DNA from: Chiloscyllium plagiosum
Lineage: Eukaryota
Direction of reading: 5' to 3'
NCBI RefSeq assembly: GCF_004010195.1
Contig: NC_057720.1
Coordinates: forward strand, 23,740,135 to 23,804,134
DNA length: 64,000 bases
Below the pieces are notes generated by a model that was given only the letters and a program-made list of their open reading frames with translations, searched no databases and was not told where the DNA came from. The position numbers were made by a program, and so were the translations under genes. Below, piece after piece: positions 50,594 through 64,000 of this stretch. Every line of letters begins with the position of its first letter. Within the stretch, counting starts at the first letter, position 1.

Positions 50594-52318
50594 GGAGAAA
50601 GTGAGGACTGCAGATGCTGGAGATCAGAGTTGAGAGTGTGGTGCTGGAAAAGTACAGCAGGTCAGGCAGCATCCAAGCAGCAGGAGAATTGACATTTCAG
50701 GCATAAGCCCTTCATCAGGTATGAAGCTTGTGGGCTAGGGGGCTGTTAGATAAATGGGATGGTGTGGAGTTGGGGAAAAGGTAGCTGAGAGTGTGATAGG
50801 TGGATAAAAGTGGGGAGAGAAGGTCATAGGTTGGATTCAGCCACAGGGTGATGGGGTTGGTTGGTGTGGGTGTCCCAGAGATGTTTCTGAAATGATCCAC
50901 AAGTTAGTGTTCTGTATCCCCAATGTAGAGGAGACCACATCGGGTGCAAAGGAGATAACAAATGACATTGCTGGAGTTACAGGTAAATTCCTGTTGGATA
51001 TGGAAGGATCCTTTGGGGCCTTGTTCAGCCACAGGATGGTGGGGTTGGTTGATATAGGTGTCCCAGAGATGTTTCTGAAATGATCCGCAAGCTGGTGTCC
51101 TATCTCCCCGATGTAGAGGAGACGACATCGGGTGCAGTGGATACAGTAGACTAGACTACACCTCCTCCCATCCCATTTCCTGTAAAAATGCCATCCCCTA
51201 TTCCCAATTCCTCCACCTCCGCCGCCTCTGTTCCCAGAATGACCTTAGAAAATCTCAGATGGCCTCCTTCTTCCAAGATCGTAATTTCCCTTCCCATGTG
51301 GTCGACAATGCCCTTCAGCACTTCTCCTCTACTTCTCGCACCTCTGCCCTTGAGCCCCAACCCTCCCAACACAACAAAGACAGAACCCCCTTGGTCCTCA
51401 CCTTCCACATTCCACTCCATATACATTGCATCATCCTCCAACACTTCCGCCACCTACAAACATACCCCAAGACCAGCAATATATTTCTGTCCCCACCCCT
51501 ATCAGCATTCTAGAGAGACCATTCCTTCCGTGATTCCCTTATCAGATCCACACCCCCACACCAATCTACCCTCCACTCCCGGTACCTTCCCCTGCCAACC
51601 GCAGCAAGTGCAACACCTGCACCACTCCTCCCACCTCACCCCTATCCAATGCCCTAAAGGATCTTTCCACATCCGACAGACATTTACCTGTACCTACTGT
51701 ACCAATGTACCTGCACCAATGTCACCTACTGTATCTATTGCACCTGATGTGGTCTCCTCTACATCGAGGAATCAGGATGCCAAACTGCAGATCATTTCAG
51801 AGAACATCTCTAAGATGCCCACACCAACCAGCTCCACCATCCCATGGCTGAACACACTTCAACTCCCCCTCCCATTCCGCCAACGACATGCAGGTCCTGG
51901 GCCTCCTCCATTGCCAAACCCTTACCAACCAATGCCCGGAAGAAGAACCCCTCATATTCTGCCTTGGGACCCTGCAACCACATAGGATGAATGTGGATTT
52001 CACCAGTTTCCTCATTTCCTCTCCCCCTACATTAACCCAGTCCCAAGCCTCCAACTCGGTACCGCCCTTTTGACCTGTTCGTCACCTTTCCCATCTATCT
52101 GCTCTACCCTCCTCTCCGACCTATCACCTTCTCCCCCTTCTTCATCCACCTATCACACTCTCAGCTACCTTCTCTCCACCCTACCGCCCTCCCATTTATC
52201 TCTCAGACCCCAGCCCACAAGCCTCATCCCTGATGAAGAGCTTATGCCCAAAATGTCGACTCTCCTGCTCCTCAGATGCTGCCTGACCTGTTGTGCTTTT
52301 CCAGCACCACACTCTCAA
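50594..52318. mobile_element. Penelope-like element with inverted structure (50594-51150 on minus, 51151-52318 on plus), GIY-YIG relics and two pLTRs
   Basis: FTCNSSNVICYLLCTRCGLLYIGDT (minus strand); MASFFQDRNFP...NKDRTPLVLTFH and EEEPLIFCLGTLQP (plus strand). Imperfect TSD ctataccactgaa / ctatgccattgaa. Confidence 0.92.
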
Positions 52319-53814
52319 CTATGCCATTGAAACCTGCTCTGAGTCAAAGGCTGAAATAAATTTTCTGATTTGGCTGAATTGAAACCTCAAGCATTTTCCA
52401 CTTGAATCAAAGCATTTACACTGTATGCAAGGAAGCAATAATTCAGGAGCAATAGTGATGAAGTAAACAAAACTTCAAACCTGCAAATTGGGAGTTAAAA
52501 ACTATGCCAAGACTATTAGTGTCACGATGCAACCAAAAAAGGACTATTAAATATGACAACAATTAACGGACAGTAATTGGACCATGCTAAAATAATGCAG
52601 GGAGCTGAGAAAATTTGAGTCTTCCTTAGTAAAGAAAGATCATTTATAAACATTTCAGATCATAGCAGCAGAAATTAATACCTCGGTTCTCCGACACATG
52701 ATGAGGTATTTAGGTAAAATGATTATACAATTTTTTGGCAGGAAGTTGTATTTGTACCAAATTACAACCTTGTTAATAAATAGCCTTGGTTATTCACAAA
52801 TATTGTAAAATGCGTCAAAGAGAAATGTTTAATCAATTGGGATCTCTTAAAGCAAGCTTGTTAAAGAATTTCCAATGATTTGATACTCATGTTTAGGGAA
52901 TTAACAGTCAAGATGAGCAATAAAAAGAACTCTTTATGTAATATATAAAGGAGCAACTTCCAGAAACAGAAATTTATTCATTTTGAGATATAACTAAATT
53001 TCACTATTTTTCTCTTTAGCTTTGCATGATGTTTTTGTCATTCCTGTACATGTTTTCACTTTGCATAATCAGGTTCTCAATAATACTTGGAAGGCTCAGC
53101 TTGAATGAACTGGACTTCTTCCCACTGACGCAACTCTGCTATGAATTGAAATGGTGTGTATTTCTGCTAATTTGTTCCTCTCATTCTGGTGGCACAATAT
53201 GCTCTAGTGAGCGCTCTGTGTGGGAACTAACAATTCTAAAGAGATCAGATTTGTCAAGGCTAGCACCACCAGGTATTCCCCTGAATGCTGAGTTCAAAGT
53301 TAACATTCATGCTTCTTCCAGCCCATTTCCAATTCTCTTTACTCAATCACCCTACTTCACCATCATTTTGTCACTCTTTCAATCTGTTAATTTATGGGGA
53401 AGTATGGAAGGTTGACTCTCGCCAGTATTCTGCACTTTAATCTCTCAAGAAAGGCATACCATTTCAATTGGTGCTTTCCGGACGGTCTTGCTGAATGTAC
53501 AGTGGATATTTGTTTAAATTTGGCTCAGCAGTACATTTAAGTGTTGTTTTAGTCATACAGAGCTAGAATCTTTGATAACAGTCCGTAAGTATTCATCTTC
53601 TCAAACTCTGTAGCAATATTTTCAGGACCGACTATTAGGGAGTCTTAGCTTCAGTACTGAGTTTAAACAAAACAAAATTATTAGAAACTTGATTTTATCT
53701 CTGGCAGCAATTTGAAATGGGCTTTTCACCAGATCTGACTTTCTTTCCCCATGAGGCACTGTCAAAGGAGATTGAAAAAGGCAAGACAGGACCCACCATA
53801 ATTGACAACATTTC

Positions 53815-54140
53815 TTTCTGATAATGGAAACAGGGCTACCTTCAGGCCTTTACCTGGTGCTGATGGAAGACATAGAAATACTGTCATAGCCTTCAAAGAC
53901 TGTGCTTTGAAATGTAGTGATGATACTGTGTGGAAAGTAAATAAAGTCACCATATTCCCATTCTCTCATTAGAGAGAAAGAAAACTGGTGACAGCTTAAC
54001 CTGAGGGTCATCACACCTCAGGAAGGGGAGAGTTTGAGAAGGTGGAACCTTCCTGGTTTCTTCAGTTGGTACAGGAATCAAGCCCAGGCTTTTGGCATTC
54101 CTGTATATCACAAATCAGCCATCAACCAAGTTAATTACAT
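53815..54140 (-). mobile_element. Old tRNA-derived SINE (Deu-SINE-like)
   Basis: The minus strand has B-box-like ggcttgattcc. Body ttaacctgagggtcatcacacctcagg. Confidence 0.45.
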
Positions 54141-55065
54141 GACCCATATCATTGCAATCATATTTATTACTTGTACCAAGCACCAGGTAGAAAACCCAGT
54201 CTCAAACAAAGTGACCAAGTACATAGTCAATCTGGTCACATAGAAATATACCTCACTCCCTGAAGTTTACACACATCCAAGAAAAAAAGAGGAAGGAGTG
54301 TCTTTCATCACATTAGAATAACCCAAGTGATTCAATGACATTGGCACACTTTGTGAAGCTTTTAAGTAAATGAACCTTACAGTCAATTTCATGCACTATC
54401 AAGTCTTGCAAAAAACAATTAGATAAGCTAAGTCAAAACCCAAAATTGCCCAAGTCTGTGCAGGACTATTGCTGTAGTGGAACCAGTTTAAAGTTCAATG
54501 TTACAAGCCAATGGTCTTTATGTTTGCTTTTTCAACCACATCCTCTAGAAAGCAGTGGAGTTCACATGGTTTATTCATATTATAGTTGTGTGCTAAGTAG
54601 ATTTATTTTACTAAAGCAGCAATGCATAATGTGCTTCTCTCTATCCACCAGATAGCACAAATAGGATCATTAAGCTAACTTTTATTCTGCATTATTCAAT
54701 AGTGCATTGATGGATGTGGATGTTACCATTATAAACAGACACTGAGTAATGACTCTTATTTATTTTTAACATAGCCATCAGTCCTAACCATTTTAATTCC
54801 TGAGAACAACACAATATTGCTGAATGAGTTTGGAAATAGGTTGTCAAAAAGCATAGGCAAGAAAAAGACACAGAGGAGCAATTGCAAGAAAAGGAAAATA
54901 ATGTAAAATGTTGAGGCAATACAAAGTGATACTTCAGTGTGTTATTCTATGGGGGTAGATATGGCTTGATATGTTGCAAACAATAAAATTTTGGTCCCAA
55001 ATATATTCTTGCTAGAGATTTATGAGCTAGATAGCAAGGAAAGCTGTAGAAGTCTATGCAAGCCA

Positions 55066-56347
55066 TAGTCAACATGGCTTTGAGTGTGGGAAATCATGTC
55101 TCACAAACTTGATTGAGTCTTTTGAAGAAGTAACAAAGAGGATGGATGAGGGCAGAGCAGTAGATGTGATATATGGACTTCAGTAAGGCGTTCGACAAGG
55201 TTCCCCATGGAAGACTGATTAGCAAGGTTAGATCTCACAGAATACAGGGAGAACTAGCCATTTGGATACAGAACTGGCTCAAAGGTAGAAGACAGAGGGT
55301 GGTGGTGGAGGGTTGTTTTTCAGACTGGAGGCCTGTGACCAGTGGAGTGCCACAAGGATCGGTGCTGGGTCCTCTACTTTTTGTCATTTACATTAATGAT
55401 TTGGATAGAAGCATAAGAGGTACAGTTAGTAAGTTTGCAATCATAGCTCCTTGAAAGTGGAATCTCAGGTAGATAGGATAGTGAAGAAGGCGTTTGCTAT
55501 GCTTTCCTTTATCGGTCAGAGTATTGCGTTGGGAGGTCACGTTGTGGCTGTACAGGACATTGGTTAGGCCACTGTTGGAATATTGCATGCAATTCTGGTC
55601 TCCTTTCTATCAGAAAGATGTTGTGAAACTTGAAAGGATTCAGAAAAGATTTACAAGGATGTTGACAGGGTTGGAGGATTTGATCTATAGGGAGAGGTTT
55701 AACAGGCTGTGGCTGTTTTCCCTGATGCTTTCCTTTATCGGTCAGAGTATTGAGTTGGGAGGTCATGTTGTGGCTGTACAGGACATTGGTTAGGCCACTG
55801 TTGGAATATTGCATGCAATTCTGGTCTCCTTTCTATCAGAAAGATGTTGTGAAACTTGAAAGGATTCAGAAAAGATTTACAAGGATGTTGACAGGGTTGG
55901 AGGATTTGATCTATAGGGAGAGGTTTAACAGGCTGTGGCTGTTTTCCCTGGAGCATCGGAGGCTGAGGGGTGACCTTATAGAGGTTTACAAAATTATGAG
56001 GGGCATAGATAGGGTGAATGGGCAAAGTCTTTTCCCTGGGGTGGGCGAGTCCAGAACTAGAGGGCATAGGTTTAGGGTGAGAGGGGAAAGAAATAAAAGA
56101 GACCTACGAGGCAACTTTTTCACACAGGGAGTGGTACGTGTATGGAATGAGCTGCCAGAGGAAGTGGTGGAGGCTGGTACAATTGCAACATTTAAGAGGC
56201 ATTTGGATGAGTATATGAATAGGGAGGGTTTAGAGGGATATGGGCCGGGTGCTGGCAGGTGGGACTAGATTGGGTTGGGATATCTTGTCGGCATGGACAG
56301 GTTTGCACCGAAGGGTCTGTTTCCATGCTGTACATCTCTATGACTCT
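55066..56347 (+). mobile_element. Young HER1/CR1 3' fragment with an internal deletion and a 226-bp tandem duplication
   Basis: [15 protein letters not shown]...[16 protein letters not shown] 55750-56268; tctctatgactct tail. Confidence 0.95.
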
Positions 56348-59300
56348 TTCCACTATTATAAAATAATCAAATAAACAGCTCCAAATGGCTCTGTACCAGA
56401 ACCCAAAAATGTCAATGTAAATTTAAGAAATTAATTGAGCAAGTATTTTGCAGGGTAATGACGCACCCCATTCCCTATGGCGCCAACTGGCCATGGCAGT
56501 CTCAAGCATTCTGGCCGACACTGCATGCTGTCTCCTCAATGAAACCTGGGCACTAAGCAGGGATGAGAGGCAGAAATTTGGTGCAAGAGGAACATTTCCT
56601 TGCTAAGTCAGGCAGTTGAATCTCCCACATCTGCAATCCTCACTTTCTCCTAAGTCAGGTAGTTGCCACATGACAACATTTGGGGTACCTGTAATTTCAT
56701 GAGTCTCCATCCTGGAAGAGACTAACCTGCTGAAACAAGCAGTTCATTTTTCTTGACCAAGTCCTGAACCTATGGATGTTGATCTGGCCTCCATGGCATC
56801 ATATGCAGCTTACCTCCAATTTGTTCAAGTAAATACTTGCTATCAACTTGTTAATAACTCTGTACCAAAGTATGTAATGACTTTACTTCAACTTGTTGAG
56901 TAAGTTAGATATCCTCACTCACACCTTGTGGATATCTCAGACATGATCTGGATACTTTCACTCCCTCAATTCAGTTACTGCAGGACCTCTGCTTACCTGC
57001 CATTGACTTATCACTGGCATTGATAATACTTCTTCAAAAGAGAAAATATTGAAATGCTGCTTTTGAATTTGTGTTGGTTCATCATCCACTATCAAAGTGA
57101 AAATCTGTTGTATCAATTTGTTAACTTGCCAAAGGGATTCCTCCCTTGCCCCAAGGGATTTCCAACTTGACACATGGAGCTTCAAACTGCTCCCACCGAT
57201 CCAGCTCCTTTAAGGACACCCATGTGACTAGTCTTTCTAGGTCACATTATCTTCATGTGCCTCTTACCAGTTATGAGGGGAAGGTTTCCTTCTGTGGTAC
57301 TGTTCTTCGTTGTTGCTGCTTGTCTGTGGAGCTACTTGAGTTGCTGACACACTGTCTATGTTTTCTTAAAGTGGTAATATTTATAAAGTATAAAACTCTT
57401 CAGCAATTCTTTGCTCCTGGGTTGAGTGGATTAATACACTGTTATTATCTTGAGGTGTTTATGCAACAAATCCACAACTGATCCCCACGTCATAGCTTGC
57501 ATATCAACAACTGGTGGCTTGTTGGTGGAGCAGAGTGCTGCCACATGTCTGAGTGAAATGGACTACCTAATTGACAATAGCATAGGATAAACCACAATTG
57601 TGTCTTAACAAGGAGGGGCACATTTCTTACCAAAGATATAGTTTATTTTATGACAGGAATAGGAATCAGTTACATTGGCTAATTAGACATAATTACAAAA
57701 TGTTTGAGAGTCAGAGATGACACGACTGTCTCCACCTCATGCTAGACTGCTCCCCTCCACACAAAGATTGTGGGACCTCTTCAAATTATGTGAAGCTTAA
57801 TGCAGTTTCAACTTTACCCCTTTTAGAACCATTAACTTATGATAACAATAGAGGGAACTAAAACCTTAGATTTAGACACATTATGTAATCGTCCTCTAAC
57901 TCCAGTACCCAGTCATATAATTAACACTGCTCAGTAAACCCTTTACTCTTCCCAGCTCACAAACATTTGTGAACCTTTGAATGTATGCACAGGTATTGAT
58001 CTTTCACATGGATCTTCTGAAATCCTGCCATACCTGCAATGGGAAGTAAGTGGAACCTGTGGAGAATCGGCATGAATGAGTGCAAGCAATTGTTTACACT
58101 GTTGCTGTCAGTATTCCAACAATCTCACAGCAGTTACAGTCACAAATCAGGACATTCTTCACCAGAGCATGGCCATTGTTTATTTTTTACATTCTTTATT
58201 CCTTTCTCGCACTAATTCACTTTCTGCCTTTTGGTTTTTATCTCCTGTTAACAGCTCACATGCTCAAAAACAATCTCTATTCCTAATACATCTCTGTTGT
58301 TGCATCTCCCCAGACTTGGGATTCCGTAACTAATCTGGTGCAAAGGAATAATGCTATTATGATATTGACATCTCTTTAAAACTGCTTTTGTTTAATTAAC
58401 AAGGGACTTTTTCAAATAGCTTTAAACAAACTGAATCCAGCAAATGGTTTGTTTTTCAGCAAATGTTTTCTCTTCCGAGGGCACATGCATGGTTTGAACA
58501 CACTAAAATACCATAAAATTGTTGGAAGTTGGACAACCAGATTGGAATATGTTTTACTCTATGAATTTTTATTTTATTTCTTTTCTATATTTTGCCAGCT
58601 TAGATCGAGCTTCATTGATGATCAGCTGCTTAGTTTGAGCATTTGATTTTGATCAGTTGATTTCAAAATAGTTTTTCAGTGAAACTTAATTTCTATGCCA
58701 GAATAAAAACTCATCAGAAAGTGCAACTCCAGAGACCACAAACTGGGTCACTGCTCCGTTTAGTGTTATATTGCCAAGTATAAATGTTGCTTTTTATGTC
58801 TGGAGAGTTAATGTGATGAATAAGACTAATTCTCAGAAGATGTAAAGCTGCTAAAAGAAGAATTGCGGCCCAGTGACATTGGAAGGAGATTTCTAAATTA
58901 CCAATGGACTTAAGAGAAAACCAATTAAGTTTTAAGTTGGATGTGCATGAATCCATTTCATAGAATAACTGTTAAGATTATCCAATGTTATATTAGTAAT
59001 ATTGTTTTGTACAGTTCTTTCTTATGTCATGTTGGGTAAATAATTTTGTTATAATCACATTTAAGTGGACCTAGATCTTCCAAGCATCCAAACAGATGGT
59101 AGGATTATCATTACATTCAGAAAATCCTCTAAATCGACACTATTGCAAATTTCTTCCAGTGTCATCTGGACCTGGCTATCATAGAAATGTCAGAATAGCC
59201 ACTCTTGGCGAATTATGTCAGAGCAAAGTTGAAGGAGGTCAGGATATGTCCTATTTTTACAACATTGGCTGACATGTGGCAGATTAAAACTCCTTTCTTG

Positions 59301-59399
59301 ATGCTATTATTAAAAATAACAATTCTTACTTACTAATAATAAATGAGTGAAAGAGGGAATGAATGTGTAGGTGAGTAAGTGAGTAGTTTGGTTAGATGG

Positions 59400-59915
59400 A
59401 CATTGAAATGTAGGAGCCAGATTATATCATTCCTTGAACTTGTTCCACTATTCTAGATCATAGCTAATCATCTACCTCAAAGCAATTTTCCCCATATGCC
59501 GTAATGTCATTATTACTTAAAAATGAATTAGTCTCCATCTTGAATATACTCAACGTTTGGGCTTTCACAGCCCTTCTGGGGTAGAGAATTTCAAAGGTTC
59601 ATTACCCTCCTCACAGGAAAGTCCCATTGTCCTTTGCACTCTCCTTTGCATGCTCTCAATGCAGTGTATCTCCATGCTTGAGTAAAGGAACTAACAAAAT
59701 CCATCTGTACACAATACTTCAAATTTCACAAGACTGTACAATTAAACCAACATAGCTTTACTTTTATGGTCAACTTCTTTTGCAATAAAAGTTAACATAA
59801 CATGTGCCTTCCTGTTTGCTTGCTGCACTGAATATTTGCCTTCACTGACTCATAAACAAGGGCACTTAGCTTCCTCTGGACATCAATGTGCCCAATCTCT
59901 CACAATTTAAGAAAT
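59400..59915 (-). mobile_element. Highly decayed CR1-like fragment
   Basis: Weak similarity to 34196-34715 and to the CR1 ORF2 end. Confidence 0.5.
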
Positions 59916-60130
59916 ACAATCAGTTCTGTTATAACACGGTAGTTCTCATGCAATGCCATATTAAAAGAAAATCATGTAGTCACAGCACCATTTAAACTAA
60001 TGGGGCTGGAATTGCAGTATAACCAATACAAGCTTTAAAAGTTTGCACTTTAGAAACAGTGTTCCCAATTCGTCAATCACGTTATAGGGAATTCGCATTA
60101 ACAAAATGCACTTTAGAGCAGAATGACCTG
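59916..60130. mobile_element. Possible Tc1/mariner (Tigger-like) MITE
   Basis: Imperfect terminal inverted repeats acaatcagttctgttataa / ttagagcagaatgacctgt. Confidence 0.45.
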
Positions 60131-61019
60131 TTTGCTCCACCTTCATTCCTCCCACCACAGGTGGGTAGGTGGATAAGGTGAATAGGTGGGTAGGTGGATA
60201 AAGTGAATAGGTGGTTGAGATAATATCTGGGTAAGAGTGTAATTGGATGGGGAGGAAATCAGATGGGTTGGAGCATAACCGGGTGGTTGGGTGTGGAGTG
60301 ATTGAGAATCAGAGATTTGATTGGGATCGGGCAGGAATTGTTGGGTGTTTCGTTGGTATTTGGATCTGGTTAAGGAGGAATTCACATTATTAACACGGGC
60401 CAGATGAATATATCTGTATATCAAATAATTAACTTAAAAAGTTTCACCAAACCTTCCTTTTGTAGACTCAATTTGATATTGCCAGTAAATTTAAGAGAGA
60501 ATGTAAACCTATAGAGGGCAGTGTGACAGTTTTCAAATGGCATAGGAAATAAATGGTACAATCACAATAGGTCAAGTGGTCGCTTCCATGGTGTGAATGC
60601 TGATGATTTTAATACATGTAGGTCAGGGATAATGAGTTGTTAGTGACATTGCTAGTGTTGTTAGGATTATATAAACCATCCGATTAAACTGATTATATTT
60701 ACAGGTACTTTTTCTTAATCTCCCTTCATTTTATTTCACACAATTTTAACGTCCCTCAAAACACCACATTATCCTTGCCCTTAGCTCATAATCTCACACC
60801 CAAATTCCTTTCTCCAACAGGACCTTTCCTGAATTTCACTTCATTCACTATTCCCAAATACTTTATTCATGTACAACAATGACCTTGATTTTTGCAGTCG
60901 GCATTGAAACAATGGTGCTTGCCCCAACACAAAAGAAGAAGGTGAAGATTTAGTGAACGCTGTAGTAAGGGATTCCCCTTTCCTGGCATTAGATTGAAAA
61001 TACTATTCTCTAATCAACC

Positions 61020-61092
61020 CTTTCAGAGATGTTATTATATATCTCTGGAGCAGGTGGGAATTGAACCTGAGTCACCTGGCTCAAGAGTAGAG
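61020..61092 (-). mobile_element. tRNA-derived SINE head (continues to ~61112)
   Basis: The minus strand has A box tggcacagtgg and B box ggttcaattcc. Confidence 0.55.
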
Positions 61093-61777
61093 ATACTACC
61101 ACTGTGCCACAAGAATCTCTCAAAGTCTGGTATCAGTAAAAATCAAGCAGAGTAAGCACCCAATCACTCTGAAGTATTCTCACAGACAGGAAACAATGAA
61201 GTGAAATGTAATGATTAATTCATTTTAATTACATTTTACAGACAGCAAAATAAATGATTTGGTCATTTACATGAGATTAAGGCAGAAAGTGAATGATCAT
61301 AAATTTATAAATATAGAATGTTTGTAAAATAGGTGTTTAGCATAAAGGCGAAATTAATTTTGGAAGCCAAAGAAGTCATTCAACAACATTTTTAAACTTA
61401 GTATACCACTGAAAATATAACCTATAACCAACAAGTTGTGGCTTTTGCAAGGATATTTTCAATGAGGGTAATCATGGTAAAGGACAAATTACCAAGAGAT
61501 CTGTGATTTCGAATTGACTGAAAACAGTGACATTTTCAACAATGCATCCTATGGAAATACATAGTGTCACTAATAGTGACTTCTGCACACAGTGTATAAG
61601 TGGTTTCGAGAGGTTGTCCCTCAAAAGGCTTTAAACGATAATGTTTTAAATAATGTTGAGTGTGAAACTGCTGAACATATTTCCTCCAAGGATAATTCAC
61701 GCCAATGGCAAAAAATAATATTTGAATCACAGCATTATAGAACGAATATGGGTATAATGGTATTGAATTGAGCTGTC

Positions 61778-62400
61778 TTGAATTGAATTAGCTTTATTGT
61801 CACATGCACTCAAAGGAGTATAGCAAAATGTTTACACGTTGTTACTTACAGGGCCATCATAAGTACAAGGTATCAAGTACAGATTCTTCAGTAGAGGTTT
61901 TTAGAAAAAAAAGAAAAAGAAAAGAAATTATAAGTCCAGCATTGCAGATTGTAGGCATAAATTAGAAAATAGGGAAATAAAAAGTTCAGGAAAACGGTTA
62001 TTCCAACCCAATCCAAGCTGGCTCTGGCCTCCAGTCCGCACCGGGCATTGACTTCAGACCATGCCAAGCTTCACCTCGAAGCTCTTGAAGGCAGGAGACA
62101 GCTCTGGAATCACTTTGAGATCAGAAGTCCATGCTGAAGACAGCCATGGCCACCCAAAGACTGCCATGGTCCACCGAAAGACCACCATGCCAGACTGAGA
62201 GATTGCCATGCTGGGCGAGAGATTGTCACACCACGCTGTCGGGACACTGCCATACAGAACTGAGAGACCACCACACTGGGCTGGGAGACCACCATGTGCC
62301 ACATAGACACAGTTACACTGGCCCAAGCGACTACCATGCCGGGCAGAGGGAACACCACGCGCTGCTGAGAGATTGCCACGCCAGACCACATTCTCTGAAA
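61778..62400 (-). mobile_element. Unclassified element with an internal degenerate GC-rich tandem repeat and a gtgacaataaa...attcaattc 3' end
   Basis: gagaccaccat/gagattgccat motifs recur at ~19-23 bp spacing (62140-62390). Confidence 0.55.
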
Positions 62401-62709
62401 CCATCTGAAATGCCTTAAGTAAGTTCGCTATTACCAATCCTTCCTATTGGTATTAGTCTGAGTTACTGATATCGAGTGGGATAGGATGCTCATACTCAGT
62501 CTTCAACAGAAGATAAGCCCAATCTTGATACACAATAAATACTTATTAAATATTGCTTAGTAGCTAGTTTAAATACTGCTAAAAGCAAACAAGGAACTGA
62601 AACGTTACATTTTGCATATATCAGAACTGGTTCTCAAGAAACAGAATTAGTAAAAGGACATCAATTTATAGCACCAAAAAAGGTTGCTGATTGGTTGGTC
62701 CATCATTGG

Positions 62710-63105
62710 AATGTAGAAATATGGAAGTAAAGAAAATAAGAGGAGGAGAAGGCTATTCAGCCCATGGAGCCTGCTTCACCATTCACAGCTGGTCATTCAA
62801 CTCAGTACTCTGCTCCTGCTTTCTCCCCGTGATCACTCTCATTTCTGTCTTTGATACTTTTAGCCCTATGAACCATCTGCAAATCCTTCTTGAAACCATT
62901 TAATGTTTTGGCCTCAACTACTTTCTGTGGCAGAGAATTCAATAGGCTCACCACTCTCTAGGTCACTAATTTCTCCTCATCTCAATACTAATTAGACTAC
63001 TATGTATCCTTAGACTGTGAGCACTGGTTGTGGACTCCCTGGTCATCTGGACCATCCTTCCTGTGATTATCCTGAAGAGTCCTGTTTGAATTTTATAGGT
63101 TTCTA
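62710..63105 (-). mobile_element. Decayed CR1-like 3' fragment
   Basis: Similar to 34196-34715 (ggcagagaattcaataggctcaccactct). Confidence 0.6.
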
Positions 63106-64000
63106 AGATGGCGATGCAGCAGGAATAGTTAACTGTCAATCTTACTTTAAACCCAGGTGGGTGGATTCTGAGTGGTCAGGGTGTTACCATGGAAATGTAG
63201 TAGAGACTGGCAATCTTCATGACCTATTTTTAATGACAAAGGTGAAATGTTGTATAAATTCCTTTTGACTACATGAAATAGGGTCCTGTGTATTAGTATT
63301 TATAGCTTTTGACTTCCACAAATGCATCAGACTGTGAGCCTACTGATGTTCATAAACTGATGACCAATAGCAGAATAACATTTTACTAGTTGTCATACTG
63401 TTCTGAGTTCAGAATCCTACTAGTGGCCATCATTTGTCAATAAATCAGGATTGTTACATTGTATCTGAGACACAGGATTTGGTGTGATATGAGCCTTAAC
63501 TTCAGAGTAATTACATATTACTGATTGCTACACCCAACAACAGTCCTTTTAATCTTGATGAATGGAGCTTATCTCTTGATGTCAGTTAACCCTTGCAGAC
63601 ACCAGCTGCCTTTTCAACAGTGAGGTCCTGTGACCCATTGTGTCTATAGTCACTCTCTGCAGGAGCTACTCAGCCAGACCCAGCCCTGCACCATTTTCCC
63701 ATAACCCTGAGATAGTTTGCTCATTTGATAATTATCCAGTTTCCCTTTGAAAACCACAATATATTCTGCCTCTGCCATTCCAGATTATAACCAAATTGGT
63801 GCATCAAGGATATTTATTTCTCTCGTGTTGTCATTGGTTCTTTTGTGAATCATTTTAAATCAAAGAATTCAACCATTCTTCCAATGGGAACACCTTGTTT
63901 CTAACTACCCTGTCCAAACCACTCTTTCTCAGCTCTCTCATGCAGAAACAATACTGGTTGTCACGGTGCAGCATCTGCAGCTGTTAAGGAATCTATGAAA

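Noticed and set aside
51188..51985. 265-aa Pro/Ser-rich ORF as a host gene
   Set aside because: It is mostly an off-frame reading of the decayed Penelope element.
56640..57770. Possible decayed LTR-retrotransposon internal region
   Set aside because: I could not read any diagnostic gag/pol motif with confidence.
61020..61112. tRNA gene
   Set aside because: It has only A/B boxes and no complete cloverleaf, so it is a SINE head. The same applies to the HE1 heads.
63183..63196. Strong X-box-like gttaccatggaaat
   Set aside because: It is a single site in what appears to be repeat-derived sequence, so it cannot support a regulatory call.

Overview
This is eukaryotic DNA: an AT-rich, repeat-dense vertebrate region with one N-gap. 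It is very probably from an elasmobranch (shark), because it carries HE1/V-SINEs, SacSINE1-like SINEs and many HER1/CR1 LINE relics. I recognise no intact host protein-coding gene. Almost all ORFs in the track are retroelement relics, minisatellite read-throughs or chance ORFs. Main contents: (i) about 15 CR1/HER1 fragments, often nested; (ii) several Penelope-like (GIY-YIG) relics; (iii) at least seven short, ORF-less fold-back insertions, six with 11-15 bp target-site duplications, many carrying minimal hammerhead-ribozyme cores (CUGANGA...GAAA-NN-UH); (iv) a 21-bp GC-rich minisatellite arranged as a 1.8-kb higher-order duplication, inside an element that has two apparent relatives in the window; (v) several local tandem or templated duplications; (vi) a few low-confidence minus-strand micro-exon candidates and possible conserved non-coding stretches. 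Boundaries of old elements are approximate, and family names come from recall rather than a database search.
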